The notes under the pieces are model-generated. The model saw only the letters and a program-made list of their open reading frames with translations, did not search any database and was not told the origin of the DNA. This document shows, piece after piece, positions 9,523-18,410 of a DNA stretch of 59,297 nucleotides (positions are counted from its first letter, which is position 1; every line of letters begins with the position of its first letter). Source of the stretch: Deltaproteobacteria bacterium (GTDB lineage Bacteria > Myxococcota_A > Polyangia > Polyangiales > Houyiibacteriaceae); the NCBI GenBank assembly GCA_013151775.1, contig JAADHO010000307.1, positions 1 through 59,297 on the forward strand, written 5' to 3'. The position numbers were made by a program, and so were the translations under genes.

Positions 9523-11391
9523 TCAAGGCCCTGTGGTGTCGCTTCTCGACTCGCGCTCGGGCGCCTCGCAATCGCGGGTCTCCGAGGCCCCGCTCGAGCT
9601 CGCATCGCTCGAGCGATCCGCGCCCGCGGGGCGTCCTCCCTTGCGTGGGTCGCTGGCCGCGACGAGCATCACGCCCGTCTCCGTGTGCTGGATCTGAATC
9701 GCCTGCACGGCGGCGATGTGATGACGCGTCTCCAGGCGATGACCGCGCGCGCGCAGGGCGTCGAGCGTGGCACGGGGCAAGGGCGCGAAGGTCTCGCTGT
9801 AGAGCACGTTGGGCAGACCCTGATCGTGCACGCGAGGCGCGGCCATGGCCTCATCGAGAGGCATGTGGCGTAGGAGGGTGTTCAGGGCGACCTGCTCCGT
9901 GGCCGTGACGATGCGGCTGCCGCCGGCGGCGCCCACGCAGAGCACGGGCTGGCCGTTCTGGAACACGATCGTCGGCGACATGGTCGAGACGGGGCGCTTG
10001 CCGGGCGCGGGCAGGTTCGCCGCGCCGCCGGGCAGGCCGAATGCGTTGGCCGCGCCAACCGCGCTGGCGAAGTCGTCCATCTCGTCGTTGAGCACGATGC
10101 CCGCGGCGGAGATGCGCGCGCCGAAGATCAGGTTCACGGTCGTGGTCACGGCCGCGACGTTGCCCTCGGCGTCCACGACGCAGAGGTGCGAGGTGCCGTG
10201 GTCTTCGCTCGGCGCGGCGGGCGGCGCGTCGGGCAGCGCCTCTTCGTACCAACGCGCGGGCAGCGCCAACGTGGGGTGAAAGGTCGCCGCGCGGGCCACG
10301 GCGCGGGCGGGGTTCATCAACGCCGCGAGCCTCAGCGTCACATGATCGGGATCGCCGAAGTAGCGCTGTCGATCGAGGAAAGGTCCCTTCCATGACTCGG
10401 CCAAGGCGTGCAGCCAGGCTGCGCCGGCGACGCCCTCGGGCGCTCCGCGCCAGCGCTCTGGGATGCCTTCGAGCACGGCGAGACTCTCGAGCATGGTGTA
10501 GCCACCTGCGCTGGGAGGCGGTGCCGTGACCCAGGTGAAGCCGAAGTGCTCGGCGGAGAGGGGCTCACGCACGGCCACGCGGTAGTCCGCCAGATCCGCC
10601 AGAGTCATGATGCCGCCGCTGGCGCGCACGCGGCGCACGATGCTGCGTCCGACGCGCCCTTCGTAGATGGCTGACGCTCCGCCGCGCCCGAAGGCGCGCA
10701 GAGTGCGGGCGAGCTCGGGACGCCTCAGGGTCGAGCCCGCCGCACCACCGCGCGCGAACCAGCGACGCATGCCGGGGTCGCGGCGAAGCTGCGCCTCGAA
10801 TCCGCCGAGCGCGTTCGCGAGATGTGGCGAGACCTCGAAGCCGTCTGCCAGCGCCGCCGCCGGGGCCGCGACTCGCGCCAGGGGTAAGCGCCCGAAGCGT
10901 CGCACGAGCTCCGCGACACCCGCCGGCTCACCGGGCACGCCGACAGCCAGACCACCGAGCTGTGACGCCGTGTTCAGCGGACCTTCACCGCCCGGCGCGG
11001 CGTGGGCGTACATGTCGGAGGTCGCGGCAGCTGGCGCGCGCTCCCGAAAATCCAAGAACGTCAGCGAGTGGTCGCTAGCGCGGTAGTAGAGCGCGAACCC
11101 ACCACCGCCGAGGCCGCTGGAGGCCGGGTTCACCGCGCCGAGGGCCAGCATGGTCGCCGCCGCCGCGTCCGCCGCCGTGCCACCTGCGGCGAGCATCTGC
11201 GCGCCCGCCTGCGACGCTCGCTCGTCATCCGCGGCCACGGCGTAGCCGCTGTAGGTAGCTGCGAAGCTGGGCTCAGGAGCCACACACGACGCCCGCGCCT
11301 CGGCCTCGGGCACGGAAGAGGAGCCCGCGGAGAGCAGGCAGAGCGAGAGGGAGAAGAAGAGCAGGCGCTGCATGGGCAGACGATGCCGCAT
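9523..11391 (-). CDS. ggt: gamma-glutamyltranspeptidase
   Basis: Readable motifs are GGGGFALYY, the autoprocessing site TSHLCVVDAEGN, PGKRPVSTMSPTIV and GAAGGSRI. The signal peptide is MRHRLPMQRLLFFSLSLCLLSAG. ATG 11391 is preferred (GGGG 6 nt upstream) over GTG 11409. There is an unusual Ser/Asp/Arg-rich C-terminal tail of about 35 aa. Confidence 0.93.
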   Translation of the reverse strand: MRHRLPMQRLLFFSLSLCLLSAGSSSVPEAEARASCVAPEPSFAATYSGYAVAADDERASQAGAQMLAAGGTAADAAAATMLALGAVNPASSGLGGGGFALYYRASDHSLTFLDFRERAPAAATSDMYAHAAPGGEGPLNTASQLGGLAVGVPGEPAGVAELVRRFGRLPLARVAAPAAALADGFEVSPHLANALGGFEAQLRRDPGMRRWFARGGAAGSTLRRPELARTLRAFGRGGASAIYEGRVGRSIVRRVRASGGIMTLADLADYRVAVREPLSAEHFGFTWVTAPPPSAGGYTMLESLAVLEGIPERWRGAPEGVAGAAWLHALAESWKGPFLDRQRYFGDPDHVTLRLAALMNPARAVARAATFHPTLALPARWYEEALPDAPPAAPSEDHGTSHLCVVDAEGNVAAVTTTVNLIFGARISAAGIVLNDEMDDFASAVGAANAFGLPGGAANLPAPGKRPVSTMSPTIVFQNGQPVLCVGAAGGSRIVTATEQVALNTLLRHMPLDEAMAAPRVHDQGLPNVLYSETFAPLPRATLDALRARGHRLETRHHIAAVQAIQIQHTETGVMLVAASDPRKGGRPAGADRSSDASSSGASETRDCEAPERESRSDTTGP

Positions 11392-11504
11392 GCGCGGCCC
11401 CAGGGCCACGCCCCAGGCGTGAGCTCGCCGCCGCTGCGCTCGACGAGCCGATTAATGACCGAGTGATGACGGCGCGTGTCGAGCCCTCGGGCTAGCTTCC
11501 GGAT

Positions 11505-12155
11505 GTGCTCGAAGCTGGCCAGAGTCCGAAGCGACCCAAGATGCGCGGTGTGCTCCACCTCTGGGCCTTCTTCCTCTTCCTGGCGGCGGGCATCTGGCTC
11601 GTCGCGAGTCAGCCGGCTGGCAGCTGGTGGCCCGCGGCGATCTTCGCCAGCAGCGTCGTCGGTCTCTTCGGATCGAGCGCCCTGCTTCACCGTGTGCGCT
11701 GGTCCCCCACCTGGTATCCGCGCATGCGGCGCTTGGACCACGCGATGATCTTCGGCCTGGTCGTCGGCACCTACACGCCGGTCTTCGTCGTCGCGCTCGC
11801 GGGTCGCGGCGTGGAGCCTGTGTTCGCAGCCGTCTGCGCCATGGCCGGCTTGGGCGTCCTGTTGACCCTCTTCTGGCCCGGCGCGCCCAAGTGGGTGCGC
11901 AGCTTGGTCTACCTCTCCGTGGGCTGGATCGGCGTCGCCGTGGTGCCCGATCTGATCGCCACCGTGGGCTGGTCCGGGCTCGCCATGGTGCTCGCGGGCG
12001 GCGTCGCCTACTCCATCGGGGCGCTGGTCTACGCGCTGCGCAGACCCAACCCGTTTCCGCGCATCTTCGGCTACCACGAGATCTTCCACGCTCTGGTGAT
12101 CGCGGCGGTGGTCCTGCACTTCGCGTTGATCCGCTACTGGGTGCTCCCCGGCTGA
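11505..12155 (+). CDS. hemolysin III / PAQR family membrane protein
   Basis: 216 aa with seven hydrophobic segments. Family-typical blocks are ...RGVLHLWAF..., LLHRVRWSP and FGYHEIFHALVIAAVVLHF. The alternative start is ATG 11541. Confidence 0.85.
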   Translation: MLEAGQSPKRPKMRGVLHLWAFFLFLAAGIWLVASQPAGSWWPAAIFASSVVGLFGSSALLHRVRWSPTWYPRMRRLDHAMIFGLVVGTYTPVFVVALAGRGVEPVFAAVCAMAGLGVLLTLFWPGAPKWVRSLVYLSVGWIGVAVVPDLIATVGWSGLAMVLAGGVAYSIGALVYALRRPNPFPRIFGYHEIFHALVIAAVVLHFALIRYWVLPG

Positions 12156-12207
12156 CGCGCGGCACGCGAGGCGTGCGCGAGTCGTCGGCTCGTGGTTGGA
12201 TACGCCC

Positions 12208-12642
12208 ATGCGCGTCTCGCAGATCGCCATCGTCCTGATCGTCACGCTGACGTCCATCGTCTCGGCGGAGGCTCCGAGCCATCTGCACCGCACGCAGGCT
12301 GTCCTCAGGCGCATGTCCGCACACGGCGAGATCAGCCCGCTGCTCGAGCAGGCGCGGCGCGCCATCGACGCGGCCGAAGTCGCAGCGCGGGCGGGTCGAG
12401 TCGAGGTCGCCGAGCGCGCTCTCGGCATCGCGGACGCGGCCTTGGCCTTGCTGCGAACCCGCCGCGCACGTGATCGAGCACGAGCCGCCTCCGCGAACGC
12501 ACGGCGCAGGGCCGACGCGGCCGAGGTACGCGTGGTCGAAGCTCGTGGCGCACTCGCGGCGACACGAGCGCAGCGAGCAGCCCGAACATCGGCCAGCCTC
12601 GACGCGGGCGTCGCAGACGGAGGCGCCGATGCGAGCCTCTGA
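12208..12642 (+). CDS. secreted Ala/Arg-rich helical protein, unknown function
   Basis: ATG 12208 gives the signal peptide MRVSQIAIVLIVTLTSIVSAEA. Third-position G/C is high by eye. It overlaps the next gene by 14 nt. No family firmly recognised. Confidence 0.5.
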   Translation: MRVSQIAIVLIVTLTSIVSAEAPSHLHRTQAVLRRMSAHGEISPLLEQARRAIDAAEVAARAGRVEVAERALGIADAALALLRTRRARDRARAASANARRRADAAEVRVVEARGALAATRAQRAARTSASLDAGVADGGADASL

Positions 12643-13675
12643 AGGCGCCCGCGCGGCCGCGCTCATCGCGCTACTGATGGGCTGTGGAGCTGCGCCCGTG
12701 CGAGACGACACACTCGCGACGGAATTCAGGTCGCAGCTCGCGGTGAGGGCGCGCGGATCCGATCGGATGCAGGGCGCCGAGGCGGCGCGTCGACGGGCTG
12801 CCCAGGCTAGCGTCGCGGGTGACGAGGACGCCGCGAACGACTACCGCACCGAGGCGCGTCTTCTGCTCGAGGCCGCCGAGACCGAGGTGGAGACACGCGA
12901 CCTCGAGAGGGAGCGTCGAGCGGCCGAGAGGCGCGAGGAGGCGGCCACGACGGAGGCCGTGCGCCTCGAGACGACGCGTGAGGAGGAGGCCCGGGATCTG
13001 GCCCGCGAGCTCGCCGGAGATCTCGCTCGAGAGCAGGCGCGGCAGGCCTTCACGCAGGCGGAGGAGGATGAAGCGCGGCGCACGCGCAGGAACGCCGGAC
13101 CCGTAGCCGCGGCCCGTCGTCGAGCGGCGGCGTCCTTGAGCCTGCGCGCCCGCTTGGTGTTGGCAGCGGCCGAGGCGATGGGCGCTCCGAGCGATCAGGT
13201 CGATGCTCTGCGCGCTTCCCTCGCTGTTCGCGCCACGGATCCCGTGCGCGCCCTCTCGCGTGCCGACGACGCCCTCTCGCGTGCGCTCACGCTCTTGGGT
13301 CAGGCCCGCGCGGCGCAACCGGGCGACGTGGCGAGCGAGCGAGCGAGCCTGGAAGCCGCTGCGCAGGATCGCGGTTTCGTGCTCGAGGCGCGACCCGAAG
13401 GTCTCGTCGTGCGCGCTCCTTCGGTGTTCCCGCGGGCTGCGCGTCCGAACGCAGCGCGCCTCGCCCATGTCCTGGATCTGGTGCGTGCCCACCCGCGCGG
13501 GCCCATCGCCGTCACGCTGTCCGGCACTGGCGCGCTGGCGCGACGTCAACGCGCGGCGATCCTGCGGGCCTATGGCGTGGATCCGCCGAGCGGCCTGCGC
13601 TTCGAGGTCTCGGCGCCGAGCGCGGCGTCTCCGGCGGGCAGCATCGAGCTGCTCTTCTTCGCGTTCACACGCTGA
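12629..13675 (+). CDS. putative lipoprotein with coiled-coil region and weak OmpA-C-like tail
   Basis: ATG 12629 gives MRASEGARAAALIALLMGC|GA (lipobox). It is followed by a charged E/R/A coiled-coil stretch. The C-terminal part (...IAVTLSGTGALARRQRAAILRAYGVDPPSGLRF...) only loosely resembles OmpA_C. The ORF track starts it at 12470. Confidence 0.55.
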   Translation: MRASEGARAAALIALLMGCGAAPVRDDTLATEFRSQLAVRARGSDRMQGAEAARRRAAQASVAGDEDAANDYRTEARLLLEAAETEVETRDLERERRAAERREEAATTEAVRLETTREEEARDLARELAGDLAREQARQAFTQAEEDEARRTRRNAGPVAAARRRAAASLSLRARLVLAAAEAMGAPSDQVDALRASLAVRATDPVRALSRADDALSRALTLLGQARAAQPGDVASERASLEAAAQDRGFVLEARPEGLVVRAPSVFPRAARPNAARLAHVLDLVRAHPRGPIAVTLSGTGALARRQRAAILRAYGVDPPSGLRFEVSAPSAASPAGSIELLFFAFTR

Positions 13676-13679
13676 GCGG

Positions 13680-13713
13680 GCCCAGTAGATCAAGCCCAGT
13701 AGATCAAGCCCAG
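13680..13713. repeat. 14-nt tandem duplication (GCCCAGTAGATCAA x2 plus 6 nt)
   Basis: Direct reading: 13680-13693 and 13694-13707 are identical, and 13708-13713 repeats the first 6 nt. It spans the stop codon of the minus-strand UbiA-family gene. Confidence 0.95.
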
Positions 13714-14595
13714 CACGACCACCACCCACAGGGCGAGGTTGGCGAGGAAGGGCTTGTCCTTGAGCATCTCCTCCGTCGGGCTCTCGACCTCTGGGTGCCT
13801 GCGCACGAGGTGCAGAAAGCGCAGCACGCCGAAGAGCGGCATGGGCGCGGAGAGCAGCAGGTAGTCCGTGCCGAAGGCGACGCGATTGCTCGGGTCCAGG
13901 GTGTAGACGACGTAGGTCCCGACCGTGGCGAGCCCCGTGGTGTAGAGCAGCGTGAGCAGCGTGCGACGATCGTAGCGCGCGAGCACGGCGCGCTGCTTGC
14001 TAGCGCCCTCACCTTGCACCAGCTCGTGCATGCGCTTGCCGAAGCCGAGGAAGGTCGCGAGCAGGAAGGTCACGACCAGCAAGTAGAGGGTTGGCGGCAC
14101 GTGCGCGGCGAAGGTCCCGGCGAGCACGCGGAGCTCGAAGCCCGCCGTGATGCTGAGGACGTCCACGTAGGCCACGCGCTTCAGGCCGAAGGTGTAGGCG
14201 AGGTTCAACGCCAAGTAGCCGCCGATGCTCGCGAAGACCCACGAGCCCAAGAACGCGGAGCCCGTGAGCACGAGGGCCGCGAGAGCGAGGCCGACACCCC
14301 GCGCCACGCCAGTGGGCACCTGTCCGCTCGCCAGCGGGCGATTGCGCTTCACAGGGTGCGCCCTGTCTGCCTCTATGTCAGCGAGATCATTCAGGATGTA
14401 GACTGTGCTGGAGGCTAAGCAGAAGAGCCCGAAGGCGGCCGCCGTTCGCAGCGCAGGGCCCAGCGTGCCGAGCTCTTTGGCGAAGATCAGCGGCGCCAGC
14501 ACGAACAGGTTCTTCACCCATTGGTGCGGTCGCATCGTGCGCAGGAGGCCAGGGATCACGCGCCGGGCATATCGCAGCACCGCCTCGCGCGCCAC
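13690..14595 (-). CDS. UbiA-family prenyltransferase, decaprenyl-phosphate phosphoribosyltransferase-like
   Basis: ...LLRTMRPHQWVKNLFVLAPLIF... and NDLADIEADRAHPVKRNRPLASG (NDxxDxxxD) are readable, with multiple TM segments. The stop is firm. The start is uncertain: GTG 14595 gives an N-terminus of homolog-like length. Upstream codons have poor third-position G/C. The alternatives are ATG 14646 or 14775. Confidence 0.85.
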   Translation of the reverse strand: MAREAVLRYARRVIPGLLRTMRPHQWVKNLFVLAPLIFAKELGTLGPALRTAAAFGLFCLASSTVYILNDLADIEADRAHPVKRNRPLASGQVPTGVARGVGLALAALVLTGSAFLGSWVFASIGGYLALNLAYTFGLKRVAYVDVLSITAGFELRVLAGTFAAHVPPTLYLLVVTFLLATFLGFGKRMHELVQGEGASKQRAVLARYDRRTLLTLLYTTGLATVGTYVVYTLDPSNRVAFGTDYLLLSAPMPLFGVLRFLHLVRRHPEVESPTEEMLKDKPFLANLALWVVVVLGLIYWA

Positions 14596-14732
14596 ATGCG
14601 CCGACTTCGACGGAGGCTGAAGTGGAGGGCGAGGGAACAAAACCATGCGCTGACTTGTCGGCGGTGGTGGGCGTCGATACGGTAACGCCCCCTGCCTGGC
14701 GTCGTACTCGTCTGACGCGGAGACCAGATCCA

Positions 14733-17700
14733 TTGACGCGAAAAGCTTTGTTACTCGGCGCCGCCCTGACGGCATTCCTCACATTCGGCGGATCGCTGGC
14801 GTACCTCCCCGTAGGCAGCGCACAGCGGCGGACCACTCAGAACCCCTATGACGCGCTGACGCGGAGCCTCGCCCGTGAGGTTGTGCGAGACGCGCGCAAA
14901 CCGCGTTGGGCGATCCCCTTCGCTCGCTTGGTGCAGCACTTCGGGGACACCGCGCCGTCCGTCACCTTTGGGGCCGTAGAGCAGCTCTCGCGCAACCGTC
15001 GCCTACCTCCCGGTCGTCGCGCCTTCATCGACGCCATGCGCGCTCGCCTGCTCGTGCGCATGGGAAGGCTGGACGAGGCGCGACGCGTGGTCTCCGATCT
15101 CGGTTACGTCACGCGCTGGCAGATGGTCGGCCCCTTCGACAACGAGGGCAAGCAGGGCTTCGATCGCGAGGACGCTCCAGAGGCCGCTCGGCGCGAGGCG
15201 TTCGACGCGAACGCGCACTATCAAGGCAAGGAGCGCGAGGTGGGCTGGCGCCTCAATCCAGCCGAGGCGTGGAACGGATACAACAGCTTTGACGCGATCT
15301 TCCGCCCATTCTCCAGCGTCTGCGGCTATGCTGAGACCAGCGTGCAGTCCGAGCGCGAGCAGCCTCTGAGCCTGTGGCTCGGAGGAGGTGGCGCGACCAA
15401 GGTCTATTGGAATGGCGAGCTCGTGCTCACGGACAGCGCCTACCGTTCGCCCGATCCAGATCGTCAGGTCGTGCTCGTGCCGGCGCGCCAAGGCGCCAAC
15501 CGATTGCTGGTGAAGAGCTGCGTCGTCTCCACCGGCTGGGGCTTCTACCTCCGTGTGGGCGACGCGCGTGGTGCGCCCGCGCGCGGCATCACGGTCGACC
15601 CCGCGCAGATCCGTCCGGTCACGGGAGAGGCGCCCAGCCTGCGCATGCCGCGTCCACCCGTGCCCGCGCTCGCGGGCTTGGAGGCCGCCGCCGAGGGTGA
15701 CGACGCGAGCCCAGCGGCTCTGGAGGATCTCGCGCGTTTTCTCCTCATCTCGGGGGCCGACGACGTGGCCGAGCATCGCGCACGTCAGCTCGCTGCCCGG
15801 GCCGCCGACGCCGAGCCGACCTTGCGCCGTCTGCGTTTGGCCGCCTCCTTGGCCGCTCAGCGCGGCGACGTGATGCGCTTCGCGGCCAAGGCCCGCGAAC
15901 TCTTCCCCAATGAACCCGAGTCCCTGCTCTTTCAGGCGGACGTGGTGGCCGCCGGCATGACACCCGACGACGCGCTTCCGATCCTCGACCGCATCCGTGA
16001 TCGCGGTCGCTTCGGCGTCGAGGCCACTCTGCTGCGGGTGCAGATCCTCCAGAACCTCGACCTGCACGAGACGGCGCGCAGCCTGGTCGAGTCCCTCGCT
16101 CCGCGCACCGCGGGCGCGCATCAGTTCCTGCGTGATCGCGCCAACGCCGCCCGCATCGCCGGCAGGCAGGACCGCTACCTCGTGCTGCTCCGAGAGGCTC
16201 TCGCCGCTCGCTACGACGACATCGGCGCTCGCAAGGCGCTGCTAGGAGACGCGCTGAGGCGCGGCGAGCTGGAGCCCGTTCGCGAGCAGCTCGCGGTCTT
16301 GAGGGCGCTCTTGCCTACCAATCAGCCGACCCTTCGCTACGTCGCTGCGATCTACGAGGCTCTAGGCTCGCGCGACGACGCCCTCGACGTGCTGCGACAC
16401 GGGACCGAGATCGCCCCCGACGCTGCGCCCACGCGGGTGGCCACGGGCAGGCTGCTCCTGCGCATGAATCAGCAGGCCGCCGCCGGCGAGGCCTTGCGCG
16501 CGGCCCTCGCCGTGCGTCCTCAGGATGCCGAGACCCGTGAGCTGCTCGAGCAGATTCAGCCCCAAGAGCGCCCCGATGAGCGCTGGGCTGTGGAGGCCGC
16601 CGCGCTCTTGGCGCGCCGCACCGAGGACACGAGCTTTCCGATCACGACCCTCGAGGATCTGACGGTGAACACCGTCTACGAAAACGGTCTCGGCTCGTCC
16701 TTCCGTCAGGTCGTCATGCAGGTCCACGACGCCGAAGGGGCGCGCCGCATGCGCGTCTACGGGATCTCCTTCGACCCCAGCTCCCAGCGTGTCGACGTGC
16801 GTCTCGCCCGCGTGTATCGCGGAGATCGTCGCCTCGAGGCCGTGCGCTACTACGAGCAATCTACGGGCGACGCCCGCTATCGGATCTACTACGACACCCG
16901 ACAATTCGTAGTCGTCTTCCCCGACCTTCAGCCTGGTGATGTGCTCGAGCTACGCTGGCGGGTCGACGACATCAGTCACCGCAACCTGTTTGCGGACTAC
17001 TACGGAGATTTTCACTTCCTCCAGAGCTTCCAGCCGATCAAGCGTAGCGACTATGTGCTGATCACGCCCGAGCAGCGGCACTTCTACTTCAACGATCCAT
17101 CGCTCGCCGGGCTCTCCCATGAGCAGAGCACTCAGGATGGCAAGCGCACGGATCATTTCTTTGCGGACAACATTCCCGCTCTTCGTTCGGAGCCCGGCAT
17201 GCCGGGGCTGTCCGAGATCGCACCCTACCTCCACGTCTCGACCTACCGCACGTGGGAAGAGGTTGGCCATTGGTATTGGGGCCTGATCGAAGATCAGCTC
17301 AACCTCGACGACGATCTCAGGCGCACAGTGCACGAGCTCGTGGACGACGCGCCGGATCTCGCGACCAAGGTACAGCGCATCCACAATTGGGTGGTCAAGA
17401 ACACCCACTACGTGGGGCTCGAGTTCGGTATCCACGGCTATAAACCTTACCGCGTCACGGACATCGTCCGGCGCGGCTTCGGCGATTGCAAGGACAAGGC
17501 CTCCGTGATGTACGCCATGTACCGCGAGGCGGGTATCGACGCCCACATCGTGCTGCTGCGCACCCGACGCAACGGCGCCATCACGGACTTGCCCGCGTCC
17601 CTCGCCGTCTTCGACCACGCCATCACCTACGTGCCCGCGCTCGACCTCTACCTCGACGGAACCGCAGAGCACAGTGGCACGACGGAGCTGCCGCAGGGAG

Positions 17701-18410
17701 ATCAAGGCGTCACCGTGTTGCACGTCTGGCCCGAGGGTGCCGAGCTTCGTCGTACGCCCGTGCTGCCGCCGGATCAGAATTTTCGCCGACGTCGCATGGA
17801 GGTCCGCCTCGAGGGCGACGGCGCCGCCACCCTCTCCGTCAACGAGCGCGTCATCGGAGCGGGAGCCCAACGATATCGCAGCACCTACGCCGCTCAGGGC
17901 ACACGTGGGGAGCGCTTCGAGCGCGCGCTGCGGGCGCTCTTCCCCGGGCTCACCCTGGAAGAGCAGAGCTTCCCCCATCTCGAGGATCTCGAGCGCCCCG
18001 TGGAGTACAGCTACCGCGCTCGCGTCCCGCAGATGGCGCGCCGCGACGGCACCAATCTGCGCCTCTCTCCCAGCGTCATGACCGACCTTCTGCGAGGCAT
18101 GGCGGCGCAGCCCACACGCCGCCTGCCCCTGGATCTCGGCGGCACGAGTCGCTACGTCGAGGAGCGCACCATCCGCCTGCCCGCGGGCTTCCGCCCCGGA
18201 CGCCTGCCCACGGGTGGCGTGGCCGAGAGCCCCTTCGGCAAGCTCAGCCTCTCGGTGGAGGCCAACGGTCGCTCCATTCTGGCGCGCACCGAGTTCGAGG
18301 TGAGGAGAGATCGCATCCCGCCGGACGAATACCCCGCGTTCCGAGCGTGGGTGGAGCGCGCCGACGCCTTGCTCCGTGAACAGATCACCCTCGAAGGAGG
18401 CCCTCGATGA
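14733..18410 (+). CDS. large secreted TPR / DUF3857-like / transglutaminase-like-core protein (catalytic triad present)
   Basis: The ORF track gives 14622-18410. I prefer TTG 14733 (GGAGA 9 nt upstream), which gives the signal peptide (M)TRKALLLGAALTAFLTFGGSLAYLPVGSA. The central region is TPR-like and helical. The C-terminal half carries GFGDCKDKASVMYAMYREAGIDAHIVLL, FDHAITYV and LYLDGT, a Cys-His-Asp arrangement of the transglutaminase-like fold. Confidence 0.85.
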   Translation: MTRKALLLGAALTAFLTFGGSLAYLPVGSAQRRTTQNPYDALTRSLAREVVRDARKPRWAIPFARLVQHFGDTAPSVTFGAVEQLSRNRRLPPGRRAFIDAMRARLLVRMGRLDEARRVVSDLGYVTRWQMVGPFDNEGKQGFDREDAPEAARREAFDANAHYQGKEREVGWRLNPAEAWNGYNSFDAIFRPFSSVCGYAETSVQSEREQPLSLWLGGGGATKVYWNGELVLTDSAYRSPDPDRQVVLVPARQGANRLLVKSCVVSTGWGFYLRVGDARGAPARGITVDPAQIRPVTGEAPSLRMPRPPVPALAGLEAAAEGDDASPAALEDLARFLLISGADDVAEHRARQLAARAADAEPTLRRLRLAASLAAQRGDVMRFAAKARELFPNEPESLLFQADVVAAGMTPDDALPILDRIRDRGRFGVEATLLRVQILQNLDLHETARSLVESLAPRTAGAHQFLRDRANAARIAGRQDRYLVLLREALAARYDDIGARKALLGDALRRGELEPVREQLAVLRALLPTNQPTLRYVAAIYEALGSRDDALDVLRHGTEIAPDAAPTRVATGRLLLRMNQQAAAGEALRAALAVRPQDAETRELLEQIQPQERPDERWAVEAAALLARRTEDTSFPITTLEDLTVNTVYENGLGSSFRQVVMQVHDAEGARRMRVYGISFDPSSQRVDVRLARVYRGDRRLEAVRYYEQSTGDARYRIYYDTRQFVVVFPDLQPGDVLELRWRVDDISHRNLFADYYGDFHFLQSFQPIKRSDYVLITPEQRHFYFNDPSLAGLSHEQSTQDGKRTDHFFADNIPALRSEPGMPGLSEIAPYLHVSTYRTWEEVGHWYWGLIEDQLNLDDDLRRTVHELVDDAPDLATKVQRIHNWVVKNTHYVGLEFGIHGYKPYRVTDIVRRGFGDCKDKASVMYAMYREAGIDAHIVLLRTRRNGAITDLPASLAVFDHAITYVPALDLYLDGTAEHSGTTELPQGDQGVTVLHVWPEGAELRRTPVLPPDQNFRRRRMEVRLEGDGAATLSVNERVIGAGAQRYRSTYAAQGTRGERFERALRALFPGLTLEEQSFPHLEDLERPVEYSYRARVPQMARRDGTNLRLSPSVMTDLLRGMAAQPTRRLPLDLGGTSRYVEERTIRLPAGFRPGRLPTGGVAESPFGKLSLSVEANGRSILARTEFEVRRDRIPPDEYPAFRAWVERADALLREQITLEGGPR

